Shown here one piece after another: positions 17,309 to 28,900 of a DNA stretch of 63,071 bases. This DNA comes from Verrucomicrobiales bacterium (GTDB lineage: Bacteria; Verrucomicrobiota; Verrucomicrobiia; Limisphaerales; JAFMIX01). Location of the stretch: assembly GCA_031371425.1 (NCBI GenBank), contig JANMJO010000025.1, positions 1 to 63,071 on the forward strand, written 5' to 3'. Under the pieces are notes generated by a model, which saw nothing but the letters and a program-made list of their open reading frames with translations, searched no databases and was not told the origin of the DNA. Position 1 is the stretch's first letter. Every line of letters starts with the position of its first letter. The position numbers were made by a program, and so were the translations under genes.

Positions 17309-19942
17309 TCAGCGCGGTTGCAGATGGACGCGCATGAATTGTTTCGCACGACCGTTCACGCTGGCTTTGCCACGGTAGGAAACAGATTCAAAGTCGTTGG
17401 TGTTGGCGTTCGCCGGCGTGAACGATTCCACATCGCCGCCCAGCGCGCTCCAGTTGATCAGGTCGTCGGAGACCTCCACGATGTAATCGAAGTCCGTGAC
17501 CGCGAGCGGACGGTGGAAAGTGACGCACAGGCGATCGTTCAAGATTCGATACAGCGGCAGGCCGGTGGTGGCAACGGGATTGGTCGGGTTCAGGCCGAAG
17601 GCGTAGCGGTGAAGATTCTTGATGCCGGCATTGCCGGAGTCGCGGTTGGCAAAAGTGCTCCAGTCTTCGCTGTTGCCGGGGAAAAATTGCGACCGCCACG
17701 CATCGTGCGTGAGCAGTTGATCCACGATGAAGACGCGGTCGGTAGCGGGGTTCAGGATTTTGTAGGTGGCGTCTGGCTTGAGCGACACCTGCACGAAGCG
17801 CGGGATGCCGGAGACATTCGCGGTGGAACGCGGCATGACGGAGATGAGCGCGGTGGTCTGGTTCGGCGCGAGGTTCACCAGAGTGGAGAACGAGACGAAG
17901 TCTGTGGCGCTGGACGCCGTGCCGCCGATGGTCAGGCGCACCAACACGCTGCGGTCCACAATGCCGGAGCGCGTGACGAGGAACGTGCCGGGCGTGAGCG
18001 TGGATTTGATGGCGGTCGGCACGATGGCTTCAATGGTGAGCTGCGGCGCGAGCGGTTCGATGCTGACTTGCGCGCTGGTGAACGAGCCGGTTTCGTAACC
18101 ACTGCCCGCCGCGATGGATATTTGCGCGACGGCGGTAAGCGCAGCGGTGGTTTGAAATGGATTCACGGCGAGGTTCAAGGTGCGTTGACCGACAGCGAAC
18201 GTGGCGACGCTGGAAATCAGTTCGTAGCTGCTGCCGTTGACCGCCGAGCCGGAGATGGTGAGGCTGACCGAGAGCGCCGCGCCGAGCGAACCGCTGCGGC
18301 TCAATGTGAACTGGCCGGAGACCGGGCCGTTCTGGCTCGCGGCGGGAATGCTCGCGGTGATGGTCACGATGGGAGTGACGGTCTTGCTGCCGGTGATCAG
18401 ATTGCCGCCATCCACGAGCGAGCGCAGGCTGGCCGTGGTGAGTTGCACGCCGAGGAGCGTGACGGTTTGGTTTGTGAAATTTGGACCGACGCCGGAGAAG
18501 TTCAGGCCGCAAATGGTGTTCGTGCCGGACGTGGTGAGCTGGACGTAGTTGGTGAGTTGCGCGGATGCGCCGTTCAGGCAGCGGGAGATGTCGAGGGCGT
18601 CGCCGTCATTGGTTTTGAAATCTTCGATGGTTTTATTGCCGGAGTCCGTGCCGGCGATGATGAACAAATCCCCGCCGCCGTTGCCGCGCAGCGTATCTTT
18701 GCCGCGCCCGCCGATGAGGATATCGCCCGCCGTGCCGCCGATGAGCCGGTCGTCCCCTGCTCCGCCGACGAGGACGTAGGAGTGATCCAGCCCCGCCGTC
18801 GCGCTCGCGCTCGCGGCGCGGTTGGTGCGGGCAGAACCGGCGCGCGACGAATCGGCGAGGATGTAACCGTGGTCGCGGCTCAAATAATAATTGATGAGCA
18901 TCTGCTGTTCGCCGAACGCGAAGCCGGGCAAGTCGCCGCAGCCGGCGGGCGCAGCGGCGGCGGTGCGGGCGGAGTCATTCACAGCGGCGGAATAGCCGGG
19001 GCGATAGACGTTGAGCGTGACGGTGAAATTGGTGGTGTGCGCGGGGTTTTCGTCGGCGAGCGCGACGGTGAAGCTGGTGGGCGCGGCGGACGCGTTGGTC
19101 TGGTTGTGCACGAACACGAGGCGACCTTGATTCACGTCGTCCTGCGAGAAGAAGCCATTTTGACCTAGGGCAACGTCGTTGACCGAGCCGTTGTTGGCGA
19201 CGTTGTGAAGGTAGAAAACTCCGCCGCTCGGCAAGGTCGTGAGCGTGTAGTGGATGTAGGCGGGCGCAGTGTCAGAATCAACCGCGTCGAGTGGGATTTC
19301 TGTCGTGCCCTCGGCGTAGGCCCAGAATTCGGCGGTGGCGAGCGACGGGATACGGTTATCCACGTTGGGATTTCCGCCGTGCAAAAATTCCTGGAGGTTT
19401 GACCAGCCGTCGCCGTCGCCGTCGGCGTTGGGATTCGTGATGCCGTAGCGGGCTTTCCACCAATCGGGAATACCGTCGCCTGCGGTGTCGGCGAGGTTGC
19501 CGGTGACTTCGAGGTCGAGCCGGTAAGTCGCGGCGCGGAGGCTTTCCGCCACATCGAACGTGGCTTTGCCGGGCGCGAGAATGGTCGCCGTGGCGCCATC
19601 AACAGTGATGAGGAGATGGCTGGCGGTCTGCGAGCTGGCCATGAGCGGAACGGAGGCGTCAGAAACGGTGAGTCCGTAAGTGAGTGCTTCGTGCGGGACG
19701 GCGATCCGGTATGAGAATCGTCCGTTACCGAGGGATTCCAGCTTCGCAGTGAGCGTGAGGGTCTTGCCATCGGCGCGGCGTATCGCCCATTGGAGCGTGC
19801 CTTGCGTCAGCTGGTTCGGCTGGCCGCTGGTGCGGTTGACGACTTGGCCGTAGAAGACGGTGGCGGGTTCGGCGATTTGCGCCGGTGCGAGCGACGGCGC
19901 GAGGAGCGCGGCGGCGAAAAGTATTTTATAAAAGTTTTTCAT
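17309..19942 (-). CDS. Secreted 877-aa protein with thrombospondin-type-3-like, CSPG/cadherin-like, RTX GGxGxD and Calx-beta-like modules
   Basis: Signal peptide MKNFYKILFAAALLAPSLAPAQ. Other motifs: DGIPDWWKARYGITNPNADGDGDGWSNLQEFLHGGNP, FFSQDDVNQGRLVFVHN, and GGAGDDRLIGGTAGDILIGGRGKDTLRGNGGGD. Two Calx-beta-like units are present (SGQFTLSRSGSLGAALSVSLTISGSAVNGSSYE, PGTFLVTRSGIVDRSVLVRLTIGGTASSATDF). The C-terminal module ends QFMRVHLQPR. Confidence 0.85.
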   Translation of the reverse strand: MKNFYKILFAAALLAPSLAPAQIAEPATVFYGQVVNRTSGQPNQLTQGTLQWAIRRADGKTLTLTAKLESLGNGRFSYRIAVPHEALTYGLTVSDASVPLMASSQTASHLLITVDGATATILAPGKATFDVAESLRAATYRLDLEVTGNLADTAGDGIPDWWKARYGITNPNADGDGDGWSNLQEFLHGGNPNVDNRIPSLATAEFWAYAEGTTEIPLDAVDSDTAPAYIHYTLTTLPSGGVFYLHNVANNGSVNDVALGQNGFFSQDDVNQGRLVFVHNQTNASAAPTSFTVALADENPAHTTNFTVTLNVYRPGYSAAVNDSARTAAAAPAGCGDLPGFAFGEQQMLINYYLSRDHGYILADSSRAGSARTNRAASASATAGLDHSYVLVGGAGDDRLIGGTAGDILIGGRGKDTLRGNGGGDLFIIAGTDSGNKTIEDFKTNDGDALDISRCLNGASAQLTNYVQLTTSGTNTICGLNFSGVGPNFTNQTVTLLGVQLTTASLRSLVDGGNLITGSKTVTPIVTITASIPAASQNGPVSGQFTLSRSGSLGAALSVSLTISGSAVNGSSYELISSVATFAVGQRTLNLAVNPFQTTAALTAVAQISIAAGSGYETGSFTSAQVSIEPLAPQLTIEAIVPTAIKSTLTPGTFLVTRSGIVDRSVLVRLTIGGTASSATDFVSFSTLVNLAPNQTTALISVMPRSTANVSGIPRFVQVSLKPDATYKILNPATDRVFIVDQLLTHDAWRSQFFPGNSEDWSTFANRDSGNAGIKNLHRYAFGLNPTNPVATTGLPLYRILNDRLCVTFHRPLAVTDFDYIVEVSDDLINWSALGGDVESFTPANANTNDFESVSYRGKASVNGRAKQFMRVHLQPR

Positions 19943-19963
19943 AACGGGATCTGAAAATATTTT

Positions 19964-22900
19964 TTAGTTGCCGGAGTAGCCGGAGCTATCAATGGTGAGT
20001 TTGATATCGGTGACGCTGTTGACGAACTCATCCAAGCCGGTGCTTGAATTGTTGTGCAGGTTCGCGCCGGGGATGATTAATAGCCATTTAGTGTTCCAGA
20101 CAGAACGACCGACCAAACTGAAGTCTTGCACTTCGGTGACGGCGGCGGTTCGGCCTTTATTACCGGCGGACAGGAAGCTGGAAAACCGGCGGATGTCCCC
20201 AAACGCGCCGCTCGCATTACGAACCGAGTCAATGAACGGACGCCAGCTCTGGCTGCTCAAGTTGGCACCGGTGGCGGGATACGGAATGGGAATGTTCTGG
20301 TCCACGACATTCCAAACCCGAAGGCTTCTATCCGGACTGTTAGGCACGGCCATAATGTCCGAACCTGCGGGAATGAAATAGGCACGGGGCGTGGCGGACA
20401 ACTCGTCTTCATTGTAGTCGTCAAAGCCGACCGAAACGCCGTTCACGCGCGTGGCGTACACCGACGTATCGTAAGCATGGTCACCCGCGCCCAACGGGAA
20501 GCCAAAGAAGTTCAAGCCGGGCATGATGGTGGTGTTCAGCTCGATGACCAAACCCGGTTGCGGGCCGTTGGTCTCGGATACAAACGGACGGCAATAGCGG
20601 CGGAACTCCGGCACTTGCCACAAGTCAGTCTTACGGACGGTGGCAGACTGGAGGAACGTCTTCCAATCGTCATCGGAATTCGTGGAGCTAGAAATACGGA
20701 AGGCTTCGGTGCGCAGTGAGAATGTAGTCAGTTCGGACTGGGGAGTATTCAAGCCCATGCGCGCCATCAGCACATCATAGTTTGATTTTAATTTGGCCAA
20801 ATCTTCGGCGAGACCACCAGAGCCAACTTGCGGCGCATCCGTCAGGAGACCAATCGTGCGCTGGTGAACAATGTCACCCATGATATCCACGGGCGACCCC
20901 GGATCGGAGGCCGCCAAGTTTAAATCAAAGTCGTAAGCCGTAGCCGCGAGGTAGGCATACCGCGCAGCGAGATCGAACGAAGCACGGTATTTTTCCAGCG
21001 CGGAGTTCCGGGAATAGCGGAAGGACACATCCTGATAACGATTCTGCTGGGTTTGGGCTGCAACACGTTTGTTAAAGGCGGTGCGTTCTTCGATGAGGCG
21101 GATGCCTTCGCCAAGCTTGGCGCGATACTGGTCGGAGAGGTCGCGCATCGCCTGAATTTTGCCGAATATTTCAAGACGGCCAGCGGCTTCAGCACGAGCA
21201 GTCTTCTGGATTTCTTGCAGGGCTTGGATCAGTTCAGAACCTTGCTCGTGTCGGTATTGTTCGATGTCAATGATGGCATCGGCCAAACTTTTGGCGATAT
21301 CAGTGCCATCGGCAAAGCTGTCGGTGGTCAGCACCACGGAACGCAAACCGGCTTTGGCCACATCTGTTCCAACTTTCAATGCACCTCTGGCCGGAGCCAG
21401 AGCGTCACCGGGGCTAAATGCCAAACCTGCGGTCGGCAAATCGCTTGGTAAGAATTCTGAGACATCATCTTTAAGGTCGCCAATCGTATCCAAAGCGAAA
21501 GTTGCGATGCGGCCAGTCACTTGGAATGCCAACTTGGCGGCGTCGAGCACTGTATCCACGGCGATTTTTCCCGCCGACGTGCCGTAATGATATTTGTATT
21601 CTTCGTATTTCACCTGCACCCCGCTGATGGAAAGCTTCAACTCCTGAACTTGATCGTTCCAAGTGCTGATGGCGACGTTGGCGTCGGCTTGAGCCTGCAC
21701 CAGTTGATTGATTAACGATTGCAGTTCACCGGGCGAGCTGCGAATGCCCCAGGAAGCGGGCGCAACGTAAGTGTAACCCTTAGCCATGACGGGGAGGTTA
21801 AGATTGTCGAGCGTAGTCGCCACGGGATCGGAACTGGGGTTGCTAAAATCGGTGTAGTTGACCGAGTTTGTGAAGTTGCCTTGATTGAGGAACGTGATCT
21901 TATAACGCTCTTTCCAACCATTGGGAACACCGGTAATTCCGGAAAGCTCACTTACGAAGCTGTTATTGAGATCGCTGGCTCGGTCGGTGTAGTAACTTAA
22001 CGGCGGGCGCGGCACGGTGGCGGTGTTGACGCTGTTCACCGGCACATACATATACAGCATGGTGTCCGGGCCTTGGTAACCGGGGGGGTAAATTTTTCCC
22101 GAACCAACCGTACCTTCGTAAGGCGTGCCGAAAATCTGGATCAGCTGATTGCGATACGCGAGGTCTTGCTCGAAAACGGACTGACGAAACTCGGTTTCCG
22201 AGTTGGCGATTTGACGAATCATGTTGTTCAACTGATTCGCGTTGTCGAAGGTAGCTTTGGCATTGTTCAAAGCACCGACGGCCTTGTCATACATCTGACC
22301 GAAGAATTTAGCACCTACAGTCGGATCAATTGCCAATGAGACCGCGCCATCGGCGAGGCCGAGCGGGTTGTTGCCGCCGTTGACTTGCTCCATGACGGAC
22401 TGCACGGCGGTGAGGTTGACTGCGATGGTCGCGATGTCTTGCACGGTGGTGCGATCCACTTTCTGGACGCCGGTATAATTGGTGTTCGGGTGCACGGCGG
22501 GGAGCAGCGCGTTGGCGACCACCCAGTCGAAGTAGGTGCTTTGGCCGACGCGGCGTGCCCATTCTTCCACGCCCCAACTGCGGTTCACATCCGTATCATG
22601 ATAGCCCTGCCACTGGCCCTGCGGATTGGCGACATATTTTTCGCGGTAAGTCATGTTGACGATTTCCGCGCCCGCCTGCGCCTTGGCGGCGGCGGTCTGC
22701 GCGAACTTACGTTCGTCCAGATAATCCACGCGGATGACGACGTCCTGGGAGTTGATGTATTCCGAGCGCGAGACCCAGTTGAAATAGCGGTGGCGCAGCA
22801 GGTCGTATTGGAACATCTGCGCGGTCAGGTAATGACCCCACGCATCGCCGTGGCCTTGGGGATACAAAATCATCGCGTCATTCACGTTAATGAAACCGTC

Positions 22901-25900
22901 TTTGTTGATGTCGCTGATGTTGTATTCCATCGCGTAGGCAGCTTCGCCCTCGGCGTGGGTGAAGTTCCAGTAGAGCCGGTTGTTGACGGGCGGGCCGTTG
23001 AACGTGTCCACGCCGCGCAAGAGCGCGAGCTCCTCTTCAAGCAGCGACGACATCTGATTCTGGAACGCGAAGATGGTCGGCGCGAGGCTGCCGTAATCCA
23101 CGCTGCCGCTGCCAAAACCGATGGTCGGGTTCTGCGCGTCGGAATAGGCTTCGTTGCCGAGCAACCGGTAGAAATCCGAGAGCCGCGTGGACGCAAGCTG
23201 CAACGCGTTGGCGATGCTCGGCGTGGAAATCGGCGTCGAGAGGTCAATGCTCAAATCTTTGCCACGCTTGAAAATGGTTTCGTAGAGCGCGATGAGGCCG
23301 ACGTTTTCAATGACGTTCTTGTCGGGGTTGAGCGCGACCGGGCCGACGTAGGCGGAGCCGAGCTGCTGGATCAAACTCGAATACGTCGCGGGACTATCGC
23401 CGGAGAAATCATTGATGCGGGCTTCATACGGGTTGATGCGAGAGAGCACGCGTTTGATCCAACCTTCGGCAAGCTGCGGTTTGTAATCCGGTTCACCATC
23501 GCCGTCCACGTCGCGGATGCTGGAGTTGCCCGCGCCGGCCCATTCGTAAGGAATGCCGGGAATGTAGTAATTCAAGATATGCCGGCGCTCGCCGTTCGGC
23601 TGCGGGTTCAATTCCCAATTCACGCCGTCATGCGCTTCATTCTTGTGACGGTAGCGGACGTAGAACAGCGAGTCGCCGATCAGCACTTCCGGCGCGCTGG
23701 GATTGCCCTTGAGCGTGAGTTGATAAAAACCCTTACCTTGGTTGCCGCTGGGATCAGCAAACAATTTCCACGGTGTAGGCGACGGCTCACGATCCGGCAC
23801 GCGCGCTTCCGTGCCGTCTTCGGCGCGATACCACCACTCGAACACGAGGTCGTCTGCGTTTCCGCCGAAGTCGCCGGTGTGGCGCAAGATGATGTTCTCA
23901 TCGAAAACATTGTCGGACAAAACGGTCTTGATCGCGCCGCGATACCGCTCGTTCTTGTCCACTTTGATGATGTGGAGGGTGACGGGCGCGCTGCCGAGCG
24001 CGTCGCTGTTATTTTCCGCGATGGTGACGTAGCTGATCTGCACCGTGTTGTTCGGGTCAAGGAAGTCGGGGTTGGCCGTCATGGCGAGGCCGGGTCCTAG
24101 GGCTTGCAGCGGTGCGGCTTTGGTTTTGTTGCGCTTCAAACTGGTGATGCCATCCACGGTGACCGTCTGTGGCACGCCGGTGGAATCAGTGACGACAACT
24201 TTCTGTTCGAGGCCGACGCGGTATTCGGTATCCGCGCCGTTGTTGCCCAAATCCAGCCCGTTGGGATTGCGCGCGAGATTGTAGAGGTCGTTCACCGCCG
24301 TGGCGAACGCCGTGGAGGCCAGGTCCACGAACGGACTCTTGGGATCGCTGCCGTTGAGCGTGTTCTTTTCCGCGAGCGTGAGGATGCTCGGCTCGAGGCA
24401 ATAAACGGCGGGCGGGGACGCGGTCAGCGTGGAATCGCTGATGTCCTTGTTGTTGAGGAAACCTTTGATGCCGAGTTTCTGGCGGATGGGATCGTAGAAC
24501 ATCCGTTTTTGTAACGACGACGGCAGTTGACTGAAAACGTAAACGCCGTTCTTCACGGTGGTGCGGCGGTTGGCGGGGTTGAGCGTCGCCGGAAATTGGC
24601 CGACCGGCAGGCTCACGGTGCGTTCTTCAAGCGCGGGATAAATGCGTGCGGTGTATTTGGTAAACGCGAGTTGGTCGTCCATCACCGGGTTCATGTTGTC
24701 GAACACGATTTCGCCGGCGGCATACGCCAAAATGCCGGGCAACCCTTCGGTCTCTTGCGTGATGATATCGCCATCGTCCGTTTCAACAGTAGTGGTCGGG
24801 TGATCGAGGCGATATTCGCCGCCGGGGAACGTGAGCGTTTCGCCGACCTTTAGGATGGCGGCATCTTGCGGCCAAACGGTGGAGTAATAAATCCCCTGCG
24901 CCGCCGGCGTCTGGTCGTTCCGCGTGTATTGAATGTTGGCGAACGCGTTGCCTGCAAATTTCGGCACGTCCGGCAGGAACGCCACGCAATCGCCCGGCTG
25001 TTTGTCGCTCGTCGGCCACCAGAAATCAGGCAGCAACGGATAGAAATAGTAGCCGTAGAAGAAGCTGTTGCCGGAGACCGCCCACGGCGTGCCTTTGTGA
25101 TCTTTCCAATAGCAGCGTTGCACGAGCGGCTGGCCGTCCTTGCCGTAGCTACCGGGGCAAGGCGTTGCGCCAATCACCTGCGGCAACGGGTAGAACGGGA
25201 TGACCGGCTCACCCGCCGTCATCTCCTGCTTGAAGGAATATTCGTAGTTCGCGTCGCCCACGTTGAGGTTGGTCGCGGCACGAACGATCGCGTAAACCTT
25301 CATGCGCGCTTGATTGGCGATTGAATCAAAGAATTGCACGAGCACATACGGGTCGGAGGTGTAGCCAGCGCCGCTGCTGGTCTCATTGAGATCGCCTGTG
25401 CGCAACGCGTAGGCGGCCATGGGACGCGGGGAAATCGCGGCGGACCGGAGCGAGGGCGCAAGCAACGCGTGTTCTTCGTTTGGATTGTAGCCGGGCAATG
25501 TGCGGTCAGGCTGATTGTAAATTTTTACGTTCTGAAAACGCGTAGGGTTGAGGGCGTATTCCGCAGGATAGCTGTTCGTGCCGTAGGTTTCGGCGGGCAC
25601 GACAATCTGGTCCGAGCCGTCTAGGGCGACGCTCTCGTTGCCGAAACGGCTGGCAATAACGATGCGGCCCAAGCCATCGGGTATGGCCGGCCAACGCGGC
25701 GCGTAACGCACGGCTTGATACGGCCAAAGAATCGTGTCGCGCCGCTCATACCACACGACAACGAACTGTGCGTCCGGCCCCGCAGTCGGGAACAGGTTCA
25801 CGGGAATGATGGGGCCGGTGATGGCGTCGCGATCGTAGATGTCCGCGTTGTAACGGGCGTTCTTGAACAAGACACTGCCAGTTCCCAGCCCGGCGGTGTC

Positions 25901-28900
25901 GTAGCGGCTGGTGATCTTATTGCCGATAACAGCGGCCTCGGTGGGCGGCAAATTATCGTTCCAAAGCTTGGTTTGCACGACGCGCACGCGGAAGTATTCA
26001 ACGGTGCCGCCGCGACCGACACTGCTGAGTTCGCCGAACAGCAGGACGGTTTTTCCAGGGCCGGTGGCGGTGAATTTCTTTGTGTTGCCATCCACGGCCG
26101 CGCCGGTGGTGGACTCGGTGTATTTCATCGCTTTGAAAACGACGAAATCATTGGTGGACGGCTCCAAGTTGACGCCCGGACTGCCGGCGATGTGTTGGTA
26201 GTGCGCGAGCGGCGGGTATTCAAACTTGATTCTGATGATGACGCGTTCATCGGTGTCGCCACTGGTGAACCAGTAACTGTTCACCTCACCGGGACGCAGC
26301 GGATAAAATTTCTTGCCAGCCGGGTCCCACGCGCCCATGTCGCCGCTGCTGCTGCCGGCCGGGGCGGTGATGTTTTCCACGCGGTCAGGCGCGAGATCGC
26401 GCCTCAAGCGCGCGTAGAGGGTCGGGTCTAGTGCCTGCACATTGGAGAACGTGACGCTGTTGCCGATGTAAACAGTCTCCACGAACACGCGATCGCCGTA
26501 ATCCCACATGACGCGCGCTGGGCGTTTGAGCTGCTCGATTTGTTTCCCAGAATAATCACTGGTCTGAACGACGTTGCCGTTGGTGATGGTCGCCGAGAAG
26601 TTAATCGAGAGATTGGTCTTGTCGCCGGTGCTGCTGAAAATCGTGCCGTCGCCATTCATCCAACCTTTAAGCTGCGTTGTTTCCAAGGCTTTGACCGAGC
26701 CGACGTTCAGCTTGGTGTTTTCGTCGTAGAAGAACGTGCCCGAGCCTTTGCCGTCGCTCTGGGTGGGAGCAGCTCCGCCGGGGTCTGTGACGACGTGCAC
26801 GAGCGGCAGACCAGCGGACTTGATGCCGGTGGTGTTGACCTGCACCCCGATTTTTAATTTCCATTTGTATTCGATGCTCGCCGGGCCGGTCATTTGGAAT
26901 TGCGGCACTTGGCGGCGAATATCGCTGCCGGGAAAAGCAATCGTCGTCGTCGTGTTGGAGGTGGACAGCGTGTTGGGCGGACCGTAGGCCGCGTAACCGG
27001 TCACGATGTAACGCACAGCCAAACCCTGGGCGATATAATCCTGGTCGTCCACATACGAATCAATCTTGGCGATGACGAGTTCGTTCTTCTTGATCCAATG
27101 TTTTTTGACGACTGGATCGGGGTTGCCGGCGGCTTGGGATAGGAGGCCGTTGATGTGGCCGTTGATGTTGGGAGCGTCCTGACCGGGCGTCTGGCTGAAG
27201 TCAGACTTGACGCGCAGCGCGTGTTCCACGAGCCAGTTGATTTTTACGATGGTGTCCTTGTTGAGCGTGAAAGTGTAACTGTTGGCGATGCCGTTGGCGA
27301 CGTTCTCATCCACGGAGTAGCCGGTGCAACCGATGCGTGTCTCGGCATATTGATCAATCTTGGCGTCGTCTTGAGCGGCGAAGAGTGTGATGTCTTGGTC
27401 GGCCAGATCGTGGTAGAGCGCGGCGGGGACAGACACGGTGATCTGCGAACCTTTGATGCGCGGCCGGGTGTTGGCCACGGTCTTCACGTCGTTGGTGTTT
27501 AGCACGGGGCCGCCGAACGGTTTGACTTGCGAACCGCTCACTCCAAAGTCGGACAGCACGGTGAGGTTGACGCGTTCAGTGAACTTCCCGTCCGGGTCCA
27601 ACACTGCAAGAAAACTTTTGGGGCTGTCCAAGGTCTGCACGGTGTTGGGGTTGCCCATGTGCAATTGCCCGGCATCGAAATATCCCGTCCAAAACAACCG
27701 TTGCAGCACTCCGTTCCAGCGCACGCGCGGCTCGGCGGTGAAGGTGAAATCGGCTTGCGGATCTTCCGGCGTCGTCACCCACTTGAAGTTGAAATTGGAA
27801 TCCAACTGCGCGGCGAACACGCTGACCTTGGAGGCGGAGCGGGTGGCGAACGGATGGTTGGTCGCATCACCCGCGCCAAAGAAGTTCGCGGATTCCGGGC
27901 CGAAACTGCCGCTGACATAGGTATTGCCATCGTCATCGGCGGTGATGCTGTAACCGGTGTTGTCGCGCACACCTTTGACGGTCGCGCGCGCCTTGAGCTG
28001 CAACCCGGTGTCGAGTTTCAAAATATCCACATCCTGTGAAAAGGCGCTGGACGGATCTTTGGGGCTGATGAAGGCGTTGGTTGCATTGCCCTGCCAGAAA
28101 CCAGACGCAAAAACAAAACCCTTCAAGAAGGCCAGCTCCTTGATGTCGCCGCCAGTGCCGGCGGTGGCCGTGGTGAAATAGGTATTGAGGATGGAGGTCA
28201 AATCCGCCGAGAGTTTGAAGATGTAACCTTTGTTATAATGATCCGCATAGGTGGCCGCTTGCACACAGGTGTAGGTTGCGCCTTGGTCTTTGGAAATCTC
28301 CAGTTTGCCGGAACTCGGGCCGCCGAGGTTGAAATAAAACCAGTCAATCCGGTGCAATCCTGCTGACATGGAGTTTGTGCCGTATGTTGCCGCGGGCGGA
28401 TGCCCGGAGTCATCGTAGATCAGCGGATGCGCGGTGTCGCCGTCCACCACGAGATAGCAGCCGTCGTCCGACGTGCTCTTGAAGATGTAGCGATCCGTCA
28501 CGGGCAGATCAATATATCCCTGCGCCCTATAGCACGTGTTGGCACCAATGCCAGGCACACTGCACAGGCTGGTCAACGGTGATTGGAGGCCTGTCGTGCT
28601 CGGCGGAGTGTTCAACAGGGTCAAAGCCGATTGCAAACCATACGAAGGCGAACGAGACGTCGTCGTGAATCCGCTCGCAGAAAAACCGTCCGAGGTGAAC
28701 GCTCCTGTGCCGAGATGCCCGCCCACATACACATTCCCACTGTCATCCACCACGAGCGAATTCGCCGAGTTGTTCCCGTCCACGGCAGTGTTGCCGAACG
28801 TGAACGCGTGAATGATCGTCGGGGCTGTCCCCGCCAGCAAGTTCGTGGTGGCGAACGTGGCCACGACCACGCCTTGGTTGCCACGGTTGGCGATTAAGTT

